Shown here: piece by piece, positions 21,503 through 30,702 of the stretch
Position numbering within the stretch: the stretch's first letter is position 1
How the letters are laid out: each line of letters opens with the position of its first letter
DNA from: Candidatus Nomurabacteria bacterium GW2011_GWD2_36_14
Lineage (GTDB): Bacteria > Patescibacteriota > Minisyncoccia > Phycocordibacterales > UBA9973
Assembly: GCA_000991405.1 (NCBI GenBank)
Contig: LBRL01000001.1
Span: 145,547-209,546, forward strand
Direction: 5' to 3'
Length of the DNA stretch: 64,000 bases
Notes under the pieces: generated by a model
Seen by the model: only the letters and a program-made list of their open reading frames with translations
The model's database searches: none
Told to the model about the DNA's origin: nothing
Program-made: the position numbers and the translations under genes

Positions 21503-22315
21503 ATGATAATATTCCATAAATATCACGGTGCTGGGAATGATTTTATTATGATTAATAATCTGGATAAAAGCTTAGTTTTAACACCAGAGCAAATTAAGCA
21601 TTTTTGTGATAGAAACTTTGGAATAGGTGCTGACGGAGTGATTCTTCTCGAGCCATCCGATAAGGCTGACTGTTTTATGAATTATTATAATTCCGACGGA
21701 ACTCTAGCTGAAATGTGTGGCAACGGTGCCCGTTGCACTGCCAAATTCTTCCTAGAACAAACTTCTGCGTTAGGCCTTGCCTTACGCAAGATTGAATTAA
21801 ATATAGAAACTCGTGCTGGTATAAAAAATATAAAAGTAAACGAAGATGATACTTATTCTGTAAATATGGGTGCTCCTATATTTGAAAGTGCAGACTTTCC
21901 TGTGGGTACTTTAAATTTAGAGGGTTTTGATTTTAATTGCGTTTCTATGGGCAACCCTCATGCTGTTGCCTTGGTGGAAGACTTAAATAAAATAGATTTG
22001 AAAACTATTGGCCCAAAGGTAGAAAACAATGGAAACTTTCCACACAAAATAAATGTGGAATTTGTAGAGAAAATGAGTGAAGACTATTACAAAGTAAAGG
22101 TCTGGGAGCGTGGATGTGGAGCCACTCTCGCCTGTGGCACAGGTGCTTGCGCAGTATATTCTATAATAAAAAGTGATTACCCCACAGGCAAGGCCTGTGG
22201 GGTAGAAGAAATAACACTTGAATTCCCTGGTGGAAAGCTCTACCTGTCTAACAACGAACAAGGCCACGTAATTCTACGTGGCGAAGCTACTTTTGTGTTT
22301 AAGGGAGAAATATAA
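21503..22315 (+). CDS. dapF: Diaminopimelate epimerase
   Basis: KYHGAGNDF, GIGADG, EMCGNG, SMGNPH, WERGCGATLACGTG. Start moved to ATG 21503. Confidence 0.95.
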   Translation: MIIFHKYHGAGNDFIMINNLDKSLVLTPEQIKHFCDRNFGIGADGVILLEPSDKADCFMNYYNSDGTLAEMCGNGARCTAKFFLEQTSALGLALRKIELNIETRAGIKNIKVNEDDTYSVNMGAPIFESADFPVGTLNLEGFDFNCVSMGNPHAVALVEDLNKIDLKTIGPKVENNGNFPHKINVEFVEKMSEDYYKVKVWERGCGATLACGTGACAVYSIIKSDYPTGKACGVEEITLEFPGGKLYLSNNEQGHVILRGEATFVFKGEI

Positions 22316-22443
22316 AGTATATCAAAAGGATATTTGTTTTAATTATTATTTACAAATATTATGCCAATAACATAAATATATGCTCACAATTAGACCAACA
22401 ATAATTAATATAATAAATATTAATTTAACATAATTTTTCATAA

Positions 22444-23481
22444 TTATTTGTTTATTGTATTCCCTGTTTTAATAACGTGATCTACTAGTGTATATGTATA
22501 CCCCATTTCGTTGTCATACCAGCCGAGAACTTTCACAAGATTGCCACCAACTACGCGAGTCATTTCTAGGTCTGCGATACAAGGGTGACTTTCTCCTAAT
22601 ATATCTGAAGAGACTAGGTTGTCTGTTGTGACAGTGAAAAGATTGTGCCAACGTGGATCTTCTGAGGCCTTCTTCATGATCTCATTTACTTCTTCTTTGG
22701 TAGTATCTCTCTTTGCTATGAAAGTTACATCTACTATTGAGCCTGCTGGTACTGGCACACGGATGGATATACCATCAAATAGTCCCCTGAGAACTGGGAA
22801 GGCTTCTGTCACAGCGATAGCTGCTCCTGTAGAACTTGGAATGATGTTTTGAGCGGCTGCACGACCTTCACGAAGATCTTTTTTGCTTGGACCGTCTACG
22901 AGTGCTTGAGTGGCTGTATATCCATGGACTGTGTTTAAGATAGCCTTCTCTATTCCCAAAGATTCATGCATTATAGCTATAAGAGGACTAGCTGCATTGG
23001 TAGTACAAGAAGCATTGGAGGTAATATCGCAAGTGCCAAACTTATCTTCGTTGACTCCTAGAAGGATTGTTTCGCCGTGAACTGTACTCTCACCGCCCTT
23101 GGAAGGTGCAGATATCACTACCTTCTTTGCTCCTTGTTCTAAGTGAAATTTTGCTTTATCAAATGAAGTAAAGAGGCCTGTGGATTCTACTACTACATCA
23201 ATATCTAAATCTTTCCAAGGAAGTTTAGTTGTATCTTTTTCTGAAATAAATTTAACTTCCTTTCCATCAATAACCAAGTCAGTACCCACAACTTCTACTT
23301 TATGTCCCCAATTTCTATAAACAGTATCATGACGAAGTAAATACGAAAGACTTTCAAGAGAACCTAAGTCATTCACAGCTACTATTTCTATATCGTTTCT
23401 CTCCCATGCAATTTTCAAAAATGCTCTTCCAATTCTCCCAAAACCATTTATCGCAACTTTTATTTTTTTTGTATTTTCCAT
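22444..23481 (-). CDS. gap: Type I glyceraldehyde-3-phosphate dehydrogenase
   Basis: INGFGRIGR, SNASCTTN, WYDNE. Confidence 0.98.
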   Translation of the reverse strand: MENTKKIKVAINGFGRIGRAFLKIAWERNDIEIVAVNDLGSLESLSYLLRHDTVYRNWGHKVEVVGTDLVIDGKEVKFISEKDTTKLPWKDLDIDVVVESTGLFTSFDKAKFHLEQGAKKVVISAPSKGGESTVHGETILLGVNEDKFGTCDITSNASCTTNAASPLIAIMHESLGIEKAILNTVHGYTATQALVDGPSKKDLREGRAAAQNIIPSSTGAAIAVTEAFPVLRGLFDGISIRVPVPAGSIVDVTFIAKRDTTKEEVNEIMKKASEDPRWHNLFTVTTDNLVSSDILGESHPCIADLEMTRVVGGNLVKVLGWYDNEMGYTYTLVDHVIKTGNTINK

Positions 23482-23503
23482 ATAAATAAATTATATCATA
23501 GAT

Positions 23504-23587
23504 AACGAAGCAAGAATATGTGAATTATGAGTCGCGTCGGAGCCCTTTAGGGTAAAGCGTGAATAATTCATATATTCTTGCGAAGTT
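23504..23587 (+). repeat. Structured dispersed repeat family 1, copy 2
   Basis: Same 23-nt core (23536..23558) within different arms GCAAGAATATGTGAATTAT / ATAATTCATATATTCTTGC. Confidence 0.85.
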
Positions 23588-25003
23588 TTATTTTAATAAT
23601 TCTTTTAATAATTTCTGAACCATTTGTGGGTTTGCACTCCCCTTACTTTCTTTCATAACTTGACCAACTAGGGACATTATAGCATTTTCTTTGCCCCCTT
23701 TATATGTCTCTACGACGGCAGGATTAGCATCTATGACTTTCTGTACTATTTCTTTAAGTGCGCCTTCGTCGTGGTTTTGAATTAAGCCTTTTTCTGTAGC
23801 AATCTTTAGAGGAGATTCATCTTTTAATACAATAAAAGCAAGTATATCCTTGGCTCCACGAGAAGAGACCTTATCTTCGCTTACCATATTTATAAGTTCA
23901 GCGAAATTTTTAACATGTGGAAGTTGGACTTCCGAATTTATCTTTTTAAGACCTAAATAATCAGATGTTATATAGTTTGATGCAGTTTTGATTAGATCTT
24001 TATTTTTTAAAATATTTGCAACTTCTTCAAACCAAGTACCAAGTTTTTCGTCTAGAATATAACTCTCTATGTCTTCGTCTTTAATACCATAATTATTTCT
24101 GTATCTATTCCTTCTTGTTTCTGGTAGTTCAGGAAGTTCGCTACGCATCTTCTCTATATCGAAAATTTTATTCAAGAATAACTTTGGCAAGTCTGGATCT
24201 GGGAAGTAACGGTAATCGTTCGCATTCTCTTTTGAACGCTGAGAGAAGGTGGATTGCTTGTTCTCATCCCATCCACGAGTCTCTTGGACTATTTCATCAC
24301 CACGACCTTCTTCTAGTAATTCAGTCATTCTTTTCGTTTCGTATAGGGCTGCACGCTCCATGGCACGGAATGAGTTAATATTCTTCACTTCAACTTTGGT
24401 ACCGAAAACTTTTGGATCTTCTGATATAGAAATATTTAGCTCAACACGCATTTGTCCCTTTTCCATATTGGCTTCTGATACTCCTAAATATCGCAGTAGT
24501 ATCTGTAATTCACGTCCGAAGTCTCCTGCTTCTTTTGCAGAGTGTATAACTGGCTCAGTCACAAGCTCCATAAGAGGTACTCCAGCACGATTGAAGTCTA
24601 CAAGTGAATAATCACCCCTGTCGTGCTTGCTTGTAGCTGTATCTTCTTCTAAGTGTACACGAGTAATATCTACTCCTTTAAGGGAGCCCCCTTTAACTAT
24701 TGGGTACTTGTATTGTGATATCTGGTACGCTTTCGGTATATCTGGATAGAAGTAATTTTTACGATCAAATTCTGTGAAGTCAGCAATGTTGGCTCCGAGA
24801 GCAAGTCCTACCTTTATAACGCTTTCTACTGCCTTCTTGTTTATAACAGGAAGAGTTCCAGGATGGGCCATACAAACTGGGCAAATATTTACATTTGGTT
24901 TTATTTCATCTGGATCATTCTTGCACCCACAAAACATTTTAGAATTGGTGTTAAGTTCTGCGTGGATCTCTAGGCCTATGGTAGTATAATATTGTTTAGA
25001 CAT
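23588..25003 (-). CDS. gatB: Asp/Glu-tRNA amidotransferase subunit B
   Basis: IGLEIHAEL, FDRKNYFYPD, HLEED, DFNRAGVPLMELV, DYRYFPDPDL. Start moved to ATG 25003. Confidence 0.97.
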   Translation of the reverse strand: MSKQYYTTIGLEIHAELNTNSKMFCGCKNDPDEIKPNVNICPVCMAHPGTLPVINKKAVESVIKVGLALGANIADFTEFDRKNYFYPDIPKAYQISQYKYPIVKGGSLKGVDITRVHLEEDTATSKHDRGDYSLVDFNRAGVPLMELVTEPVIHSAKEAGDFGRELQILLRYLGVSEANMEKGQMRVELNISISEDPKVFGTKVEVKNINSFRAMERAALYETKRMTELLEEGRGDEIVQETRGWDENKQSTFSQRSKENANDYRYFPDPDLPKLFLNKIFDIEKMRSELPELPETRRNRYRNNYGIKDEDIESYILDEKLGTWFEEVANILKNKDLIKTASNYITSDYLGLKKINSEVQLPHVKNFAELINMVSEDKVSSRGAKDILAFIVLKDESPLKIATEKGLIQNHDEGALKEIVQKVIDANPAVVETYKGGKENAIMSLVGQVMKESKGSANPQMVQKLLKELLK

Positions 25004-25079
25004 ATAAGGAGTATAGCAAAATTTTAGAAAATTAGAATTGGTATACATGTAATCATGTGTTATAATAAGCGTATACCTT

Positions 25080-25562
25080 ATGAATAAGAAAAGAAGATGG
25101 ACCGAAAAACAATTAGAAGAAGCTGTTACCCTTTCTAAAAGTTACAGAAATGTAATTAAACTTTTAGGGTTAAAACCTACGGGAGGTAATTATGATCAAG
25201 TTAAAAAATATATTAAACAGAGTAGATTATCTGCTGATCATTTTACTGGCAAGGTGTGGAATAAAGGATTAAAATTTCCTGATAGAAATTATATAGAATT
25301 AAAAGATATCCTAATTAAAGATAGTTCTTATCAGAGTCATAAGTTGAAAAAAAGACTATTCTCTGCTAGAATAAAAGAACCTAAATGTGAGATTTGTAAA
25401 TGGGCTAAATATTCTATAGACGGAAGACTCCCTTTAGAATTAGACCATATTAATGGGAATAGACATGATAATAGATTAGAAAATCTTAGGGTATTATGTC
25501 CAAATTGCCATAGCTTGCAAGTGACACATAGAGGTAAAAATATAAAAGCCCGGGTGGTGTAA
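25080..25562 (+). CDS. HNH endonuclease
   Basis: CEIC...LELDHING..DNRLENLRVLCPNCH. Confidence 0.9.
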   Translation: MNKKRRWTEKQLEEAVTLSKSYRNVIKLLGLKPTGGNYDQVKKYIKQSRLSADHFTGKVWNKGLKFPDRNYIELKDILIKDSSYQSHKLKKRLFSARIKEPKCEICKWAKYSIDGRLPLELDHINGNRHDNRLENLRVLCPNCHSLQVTHRGKNIKARVV

Positions 25563-25631
25563 TTGGTAGCCACGAGAGACTTAAAATTTCTTGCCATTTA
25601 TGGCGTGTGGGTTCAAGTCCCACCCCGGGCA
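25548..25631 (+). tRNA. tRNA-Leu(TAA)
   Basis: GCCCGGGTGGTGTAATTGGTAGCCACGAGAGACT-TAA-AATTTCTTGCCATTTATGGCGTGTGGGTTCAAGTCCCACCCCGGGCA; long variable arm. Confidence 0.93.
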
Positions 25632-25635
25632 CAAT

Positions 25636-25668
25636 TAAAAAAATGGAAGTCCGACTTCCATTTTTTTA
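25636..25668. terminator. Bidirectional terminator / GGAAGTCCGACTTCC palindrome
   Basis: AAAAAAATGGAAGTC-C-GACTTCCATTTTTTT between the tRNA and the convergent M23 gene. Confidence 0.7.
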
Positions 25669-26940
25669 TTTCTTTATCATACTTGCTAGTAATTTAGGTA
25701 AATATAACCCTGGATTTAAATAAGCACTTAGGGCGGAAATAGGCTGAGTAAAGATCTTGCCACCACAACTCTTACTAGGCACTGTGGCAACTTTGACTCC
25801 ATCAGAGGCATATACTGCCACATGTAAGTGTGGGCCTGTAGAAGATCCAGTATTTCCCGAATAAGCTACCACATCTCCTGCTGTCACACTCTGTCCTACA
25901 GACGCAGATATAGATGACAAGTGGCCGTAGGTACTTGAAAGCCCATTGTTGTACTTTATGAATACCCACTTACCAAAGGAAGCTCCCTTGCAAGCTATGT
26001 CTGTATCCCCTGTGCCCATGACTGTACCAGTAGCCATCGACTTCACAGGAGTACCTATAGAAGCTCTGAAGTCTAGTCCATAGTGGAATCTTCCCCATCT
26101 AGAACCGTAATGTGAAGTTACTAAAATACTATCAAGTGGCCAAGAAAGTACCCCCGATCCTTCCTTTGGAATAAGTTTCGGATTTAAAATAAATTGAATC
26201 TGAGCTTCGTAGTCTTCTATGGCTTTTTCAAAAGCATCTTTCCTCTTTTGAGTTTCAGCAAGAAGCTTCTGATAGTTAGATTCTTTGTTCTTAGTTTCTA
26301 TCAAGAGAGTATTCTTCTCTTTCTTATTGGCAGTTATTTCTATCTCCTTGGCCGTTAGACTTGCTTTCAAGGTATTCAAATTCTTCTTCTCATCTTCTTT
26401 TTTGACTTTAGATATAGTTAGATTCTCTTTTTGCGTAGATACACTATTTATATACTTTTTGATTTCTGTATTTAGACTAATTACATTGTTGTATTCACGA
26501 CTCAGATCGCTCATGGTACTTTGAGACAATAATTTCTGGAAGACTGTTTGGTCATCTTGTTGATTGAGGTTTTTAATCAAGCTAGCTAGAGATTCCTTAG
26601 ACTTATCTAGGATACTACTTTTGACATCTATTTCACTATCTAATGTCTTGATGACAAGACTTGCTGTAGTAATCTTCTTCTCTGTCTGCTCTCTTTCCTT
26701 TATGAGTTTATTTCTCTTAAGAGTCAAGTCTTTAATAGCGTTCGACAAGGTCTTCTTCTGTAGCCCAGTCTCTGCAATCTGGTTCGAAAGAGCCTGTATC
26801 TCCTTATTGAGCTTCTCGATCTGGTTATTTGTATTATTTATCTGAGCCTGAAGCTCTTCTATGCTCTGTGCAGACGAGCGCAAAGAAAAAGCGAAAATAG
26901 CTAAAACAACAAAAATTGTACTGAATATAATCTTCCTCAT
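25666..26940 (-). CDS. Coiled-coil M23 family peptidase (EnvC-like)
   Basis: Signal peptide, coiled coil, HYGLDF, YGHL, SGNTGSSTGPHLH. Confidence 0.9.
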   Translation of the reverse strand: MRKIIFSTIFVVLAIFAFSLRSSAQSIEELQAQINNTNNQIEKLNKEIQALSNQIAETGLQKKTLSNAIKDLTLKRNKLIKEREQTEKKITTASLVIKTLDSEIDVKSSILDKSKESLASLIKNLNQQDDQTVFQKLLSQSTMSDLSREYNNVISLNTEIKKYINSVSTQKENLTISKVKKEDEKKNLNTLKASLTAKEIEITANKKEKNTLLIETKNKESNYQKLLAETQKRKDAFEKAIEDYEAQIQFILNPKLIPKEGSGVLSWPLDSILVTSHYGSRWGRFHYGLDFRASIGTPVKSMATGTVMGTGDTDIACKGASFGKWVFIKYNNGLSSTYGHLSSISASVGQSVTAGDVVAYSGNTGSSTGPHLHVAVYASDGVKVATVPSKSCGGKIFTQPISALSAYLNPGLYLPKLLASMIKK

Positions 26941-26961
26941 TACTCTTTCTATTATACCAGA

Positions 26962-28404
26962 TTATAAACTTAAGATAGAAATTGCTTTGTTTATACGTGT
27001 TATAGTTTCCTTTTTGCCTAAAATATCAGCTAGAATAAATGGATCAGGTGATTTATCGAGTCCAGAGAGAGCAAAACGTATAGGATGAAGCACTTCACCT
27101 CTAGAGTCCATATGATTCGCTATATCCATAAGGAGAGCTTTGATCTTCTCGAAAGTAAAGTCCTCCTCTTCTGTCATTTGAAGACTATCTAATGCTTCTT
27201 CTAAATTACTTTTAATTTTTTGAGAAGAAACATCTTTATATATTAACTTAGATGCTTCATATGCAGGCTCTTTGTAGAAGAAATCAAGTTCACCACTATC
27301 CACCATTGTCTTAATATCGCTAAATTTAGAAATCCGTTCTACTATAAGAGGAATTAATTTTTTAATATGTAATTCTTGTGGAAGCCAAGCAAAAATATTC
27401 TTCTCTAGTTCTTCTTCTGGCAATCTTTTGATGTGCTCCTTGTTTATCCAATCAAGCTTTTCTTCGTTAAAACCACCTCCACTTATATGAATTTGTTTAA
27501 TGTCAAATAGATTTATAAATTCTTCTTTAGTTAAAATTTCCTTTTCTCCACCCGGATTCCATCCTATAAATGCCAAGAAGTTAATCATTGCATCTGGCAA
27601 GTATCCCTCATTCCTATATTCTAAGAAATCTTTTGCTCCATCTCTTTTACCCAATTTCTTCTTACCATCGGCTCCCATAATTGGAGGCAGTGTGACAAAA
27701 GAGGGTCTTTCTAATTCAAGTGCTTCATAAAGTGCAAGAAACTTTGGAGTTGAAGATATAAATTCATCAGCTCTCATTATATGGGTTACTCCCATTTCAA
27801 GGTCATCTATAATATGTGCAAAGTTGTAAGTTGGATAGCCATCACTTTTTATTAAAATAAAATCATCAAGAGCTTCTGGCCCTGCTTTTAACTTTCCTCT
27901 AACTTCATCTACCCATTCATAACTTTTAACGTCTGTGATTTTAAATCGAAGAGGTTTAGTACCATCCCACACAGGAGGATTCTCGGGTCTATGGTCACGA
28001 TATAGAAATGGCCTCTTTTCTTCCTCAGCTTTTTTCCTGAAAGATTCCACCTCTTCTTCTGTGTAAGGATCAGCATAAGCCAAACCTTTCTCAACTAAAA
28101 TTTTGGCATATTTCTGATATGAAGCTAGTCTCTCAGATTGCTTGTATGGAGCATTGGGCCCACTTATATCTGGACCTTCACTCCAATCTATACCAATCCA
28201 CTTAAGTGATTCAATAATATGATCTATAGAACCTCCTACCTCTCGAGCCTTGTCGGTATCCTCAATTCTTAATATAAAAGTGCCATTATTTTTCTTAGCA
28301 TAAGCCCATGCATACAAAGCAGTTCGTATTCCACCAATGTGTAAAAAGCCTGTAGGAGACGGGGCAAAACGAGTAACTACTTTTTGTTGTTTGTTTTCTA
28401 TCAT
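26962..28404 (-). CDS. gltX: Glutamate--tRNA ligase
   Basis: RFAPSPTGFLHIGG, LRIEDTD, KKLGKR. Confidence 0.97.
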   Translation of the reverse strand: MIENKQQKVVTRFAPSPTGFLHIGGIRTALYAWAYAKKNNGTFILRIEDTDKAREVGGSIDHIIESLKWIGIDWSEGPDISGPNAPYKQSERLASYQKYAKILVEKGLAYADPYTEEEVESFRKKAEEEKRPFLYRDHRPENPPVWDGTKPLRFKITDVKSYEWVDEVRGKLKAGPEALDDFILIKSDGYPTYNFAHIIDDLEMGVTHIMRADEFISSTPKFLALYEALELERPSFVTLPPIMGADGKKKLGKRDGAKDFLEYRNEGYLPDAMINFLAFIGWNPGGEKEILTKEEFINLFDIKQIHISGGGFNEEKLDWINKEHIKRLPEEELEKNIFAWLPQELHIKKLIPLIVERISKFSDIKTMVDSGELDFFYKEPAYEASKLIYKDVSSQKIKSNLEEALDSLQMTEEEDFTFEKIKALLMDIANHMDSRGEVLHPIRFALSGLDKSPDPFILADILGKKETITRINKAISILSL

Positions 28405-28414
28405 AAATATACAG

Positions 28415-29545
28415 TTATTGTTCTTCGTGGCTTAAGGCTATTATAATAGCTTCCTCGGCAATTTTCTCTGCGGCTAGAGGATTTGCAAAGGCTAGAGCTG
28501 ACTCTTTCATTTTGTCCAATTTTTCTTTACTATTCATCATTTTGTCAATTTCTGAAATCAGTAAATGAGGAGTAAGATTCGCTTCATCTATAACTTCACA
28601 AGCACCGGTACGTGCATAATTGTAAGCATTCTTCCTTTGATGGTCACCATTTGACTTCGTAATAGGAATTATAATCGAAGGTATACCCCATGAAGATATC
28701 TCAAATATAGCAGAGCCTGCTCTTGAGATAATGATGTTTGCGATGCCTGCCGCTTTCCTTGTGGCTAGATTATTAAGGTAAGGAAGTGCTACATATCGAG
28801 CTATGTTTGCATTATTCTCCATTACAAGCTTTGACCGTCCTAGCACATCATCAATATTATTTATTCCTGTCTGGTGAATTATTTGATACTTAGAAAGCAA
28901 GTCAGGTAATACTTCTATCATAATGTTGTTAATTATCTCCGCGCCAGATGAACCACCAACAACCAAGATAACTGGGAGCGTTGATTCCAACTTGAAGAAT
29001 TCATAAGCACCCTCACTATCACCGTGTAAAATGTTTTTCCTTATTGGCTGACCTGTGAGAGCTGTCTTCTCTTTGGGTAGATATTCTATAGCTTCAGGCC
29101 AAGAAATGGCTACCTTCTTGGCAAACTTGGCAGTCCATACATTGAGTCTACCAGGGAAAGAGTCTGACTCATGTACAATGACAGGTATGCGTAGCAACTT
29201 AGCAGCAAAAACTGCAGGGAAAGCAGCATATCCACCCTTGGAGATAACTACATCAGGGTAAATAAAGAACATACTGAAGAAGCCTATGAACATACCAGAA
29301 AGTGTTTTGAAAAAGTCTGAAATATTCTTGAGGGAGAAATACAAACGCATTTTGCCAGCTGGCACTTGGACAAAGTTGATACCATTTTCAGTAAGCATAC
29401 GCTTGTCGTAGGGCTTATCGGACATATAATAAAGCTTCAGATCCACTATCTTTTGTTTGTCTGTTTGCTCTATTAATTTCTCTGCTATAGCTATAAGCGG
29501 GTAAAAGTGCCCACCAGTCCCCCCTCCTGTAAGTAATATTTTCAT
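28415..29545 (-). CDS. murG: Lipid II GlcNAc transferase
   Basis: TGGGTGGH, KGGY, HES, GGSSGA, SRAG, HQRKNA. Confidence 0.96.
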   Translation of the reverse strand: MKILLTGGGTGGHFYPLIAIAEKLIEQTDKQKIVDLKLYYMSDKPYDKRMLTENGINFVQVPAGKMRLYFSLKNISDFFKTLSGMFIGFFSMFFIYPDVVISKGGYAAFPAVFAAKLLRIPVIVHESDSFPGRLNVWTAKFAKKVAISWPEAIEYLPKEKTALTGQPIRKNILHGDSEGAYEFFKLESTLPVILVVGGSSGAEIINNIMIEVLPDLLSKYQIIHQTGINNIDDVLGRSKLVMENNANIARYVALPYLNNLATRKAAGIANIIISRAGSAIFEISSWGIPSIIIPITKSNGDHQRKNAYNYARTGACEVIDEANLTPHLLISEIDKMMNSKEKLDKMKESALAFANPLAAEKIAEEAIIIALSHEEQ

Positions 29546-29579
29546 ATTTTGTAATTATAGCGTATTTATGTAATTTTTT

Positions 29580-30689
29580 CTAGGTTGTCTTCTTTTGGAA
29601 CTTTGAAATATTGAGGACTATGCCCATTAGACCTATATCTAGGAGGAGTGCGGTACCACCGTGCGACATGAAGACGAGAGGTACACCAGTCAGTGGAAAG
29701 ACTCCAATGATAGATGCTATGTTCATGAAGGATTGGGCAGTGATGATAGTGATAATTCCAATAACAAAAAGTTTAGAGAATGAGTCTGGGGCATAGTGAG
29801 CAATACGATATCCACGCAAAGCGAAAGCCACATACAAGCAGACAATAATAGCAGAACCAATAAATCCGACTTCTTCCCCAACCACTGCAAAGATAGAGTC
29901 CCCTTGTGGCTCTGGCAAATAGTTAAACTTCTGAATACTCTGCCCCAAGCCTCTACCAGCTATACCTCCTGATCCTACAGCTATGAGTGACTGCTGAATC
30001 TGATAAGAGGAGGTACTTCCATTGGCACTTGGATTTATGAAAGTATTAATTCTACTTCTCAGATAAGGAGTCGTAAGAGCAAGAATTATGAAGGCCATAA
30101 CAGCAACTAAGAATAATCCTAAAATATATTTCCAAGGAGTACCTGATATAAAAAGCATTACAAGTCCTGTGACTGTAATAAGTATTAGACTCTTGGTGTC
30201 CGGTTGTCTAATAAGGACAGCAGAAATAACTCCAAGCAATACGATTAGAGGAAGTAGTGTAAAACGAAAGTCTTGTACTCTGCCTTTGACCCAAGAGAGC
30301 CAAGCAGCAAAATAAATAACGAATCCAATTTTCAAGAATTCAACTGGCTGTAATGATACTCCGAAGAATTCTATCCATCTTCTCGATCCTCCGTGAGCCA
30401 TGCCGAGTCCTGGTACGAAGACCAAGGTTGTAGCTATGATGGAGACAATGAAGAGAGGCAGTGAATACTGTCGCCAGAATTTATATGGAATCTTCAGTCC
30501 AAAATAAAATGCGACAAGCCCACCAATGAGTCCAAAGATTAATTGATTGAAAATGACGGCGTAGAACTTGGATTCATTTTTGTTCAATATTCCAAGCGAT
30601 GCGGAAATAAACATAACCACTCCAATTAAAATAAGTGAGAGAACTATACCAAAAAAAATTCTATCTATTTTATTACTATTAGATGCCAT
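29580..30689 (-). CDS. ftsW: SEDS peptidoglycan polymerase FtsW
   Basis: RRWI, QPVEFLK, QPD, YLPEPQGDSIFA, PLTGVPL; lies between mraY and murG. Confidence 0.92.
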   Translation of the reverse strand: MASNSNKIDRIFFGIVLSLILIGVVMFISASLGILNKNESKFYAVIFNQLIFGLIGGLVAFYFGLKIPYKFWRQYSLPLFIVSIIATTLVFVPGLGMAHGGSRRWIEFFGVSLQPVEFLKIGFVIYFAAWLSWVKGRVQDFRFTLLPLIVLLGVISAVLIRQPDTKSLILITVTGLVMLFISGTPWKYILGLFLVAVMAFIILALTTPYLRSRINTFINPSANGSTSSYQIQQSLIAVGSGGIAGRGLGQSIQKFNYLPEPQGDSIFAVVGEEVGFIGSAIIVCLYVAFALRGYRIAHYAPDSFSKLFVIGIITIITAQSFMNIASIIGVFPLTGVPLVFMSHGGTALLLDIGLMGIVLNISKFQKKTT

Positions 30690-30702
30690 ATTGCCCTCTC
30701 TA

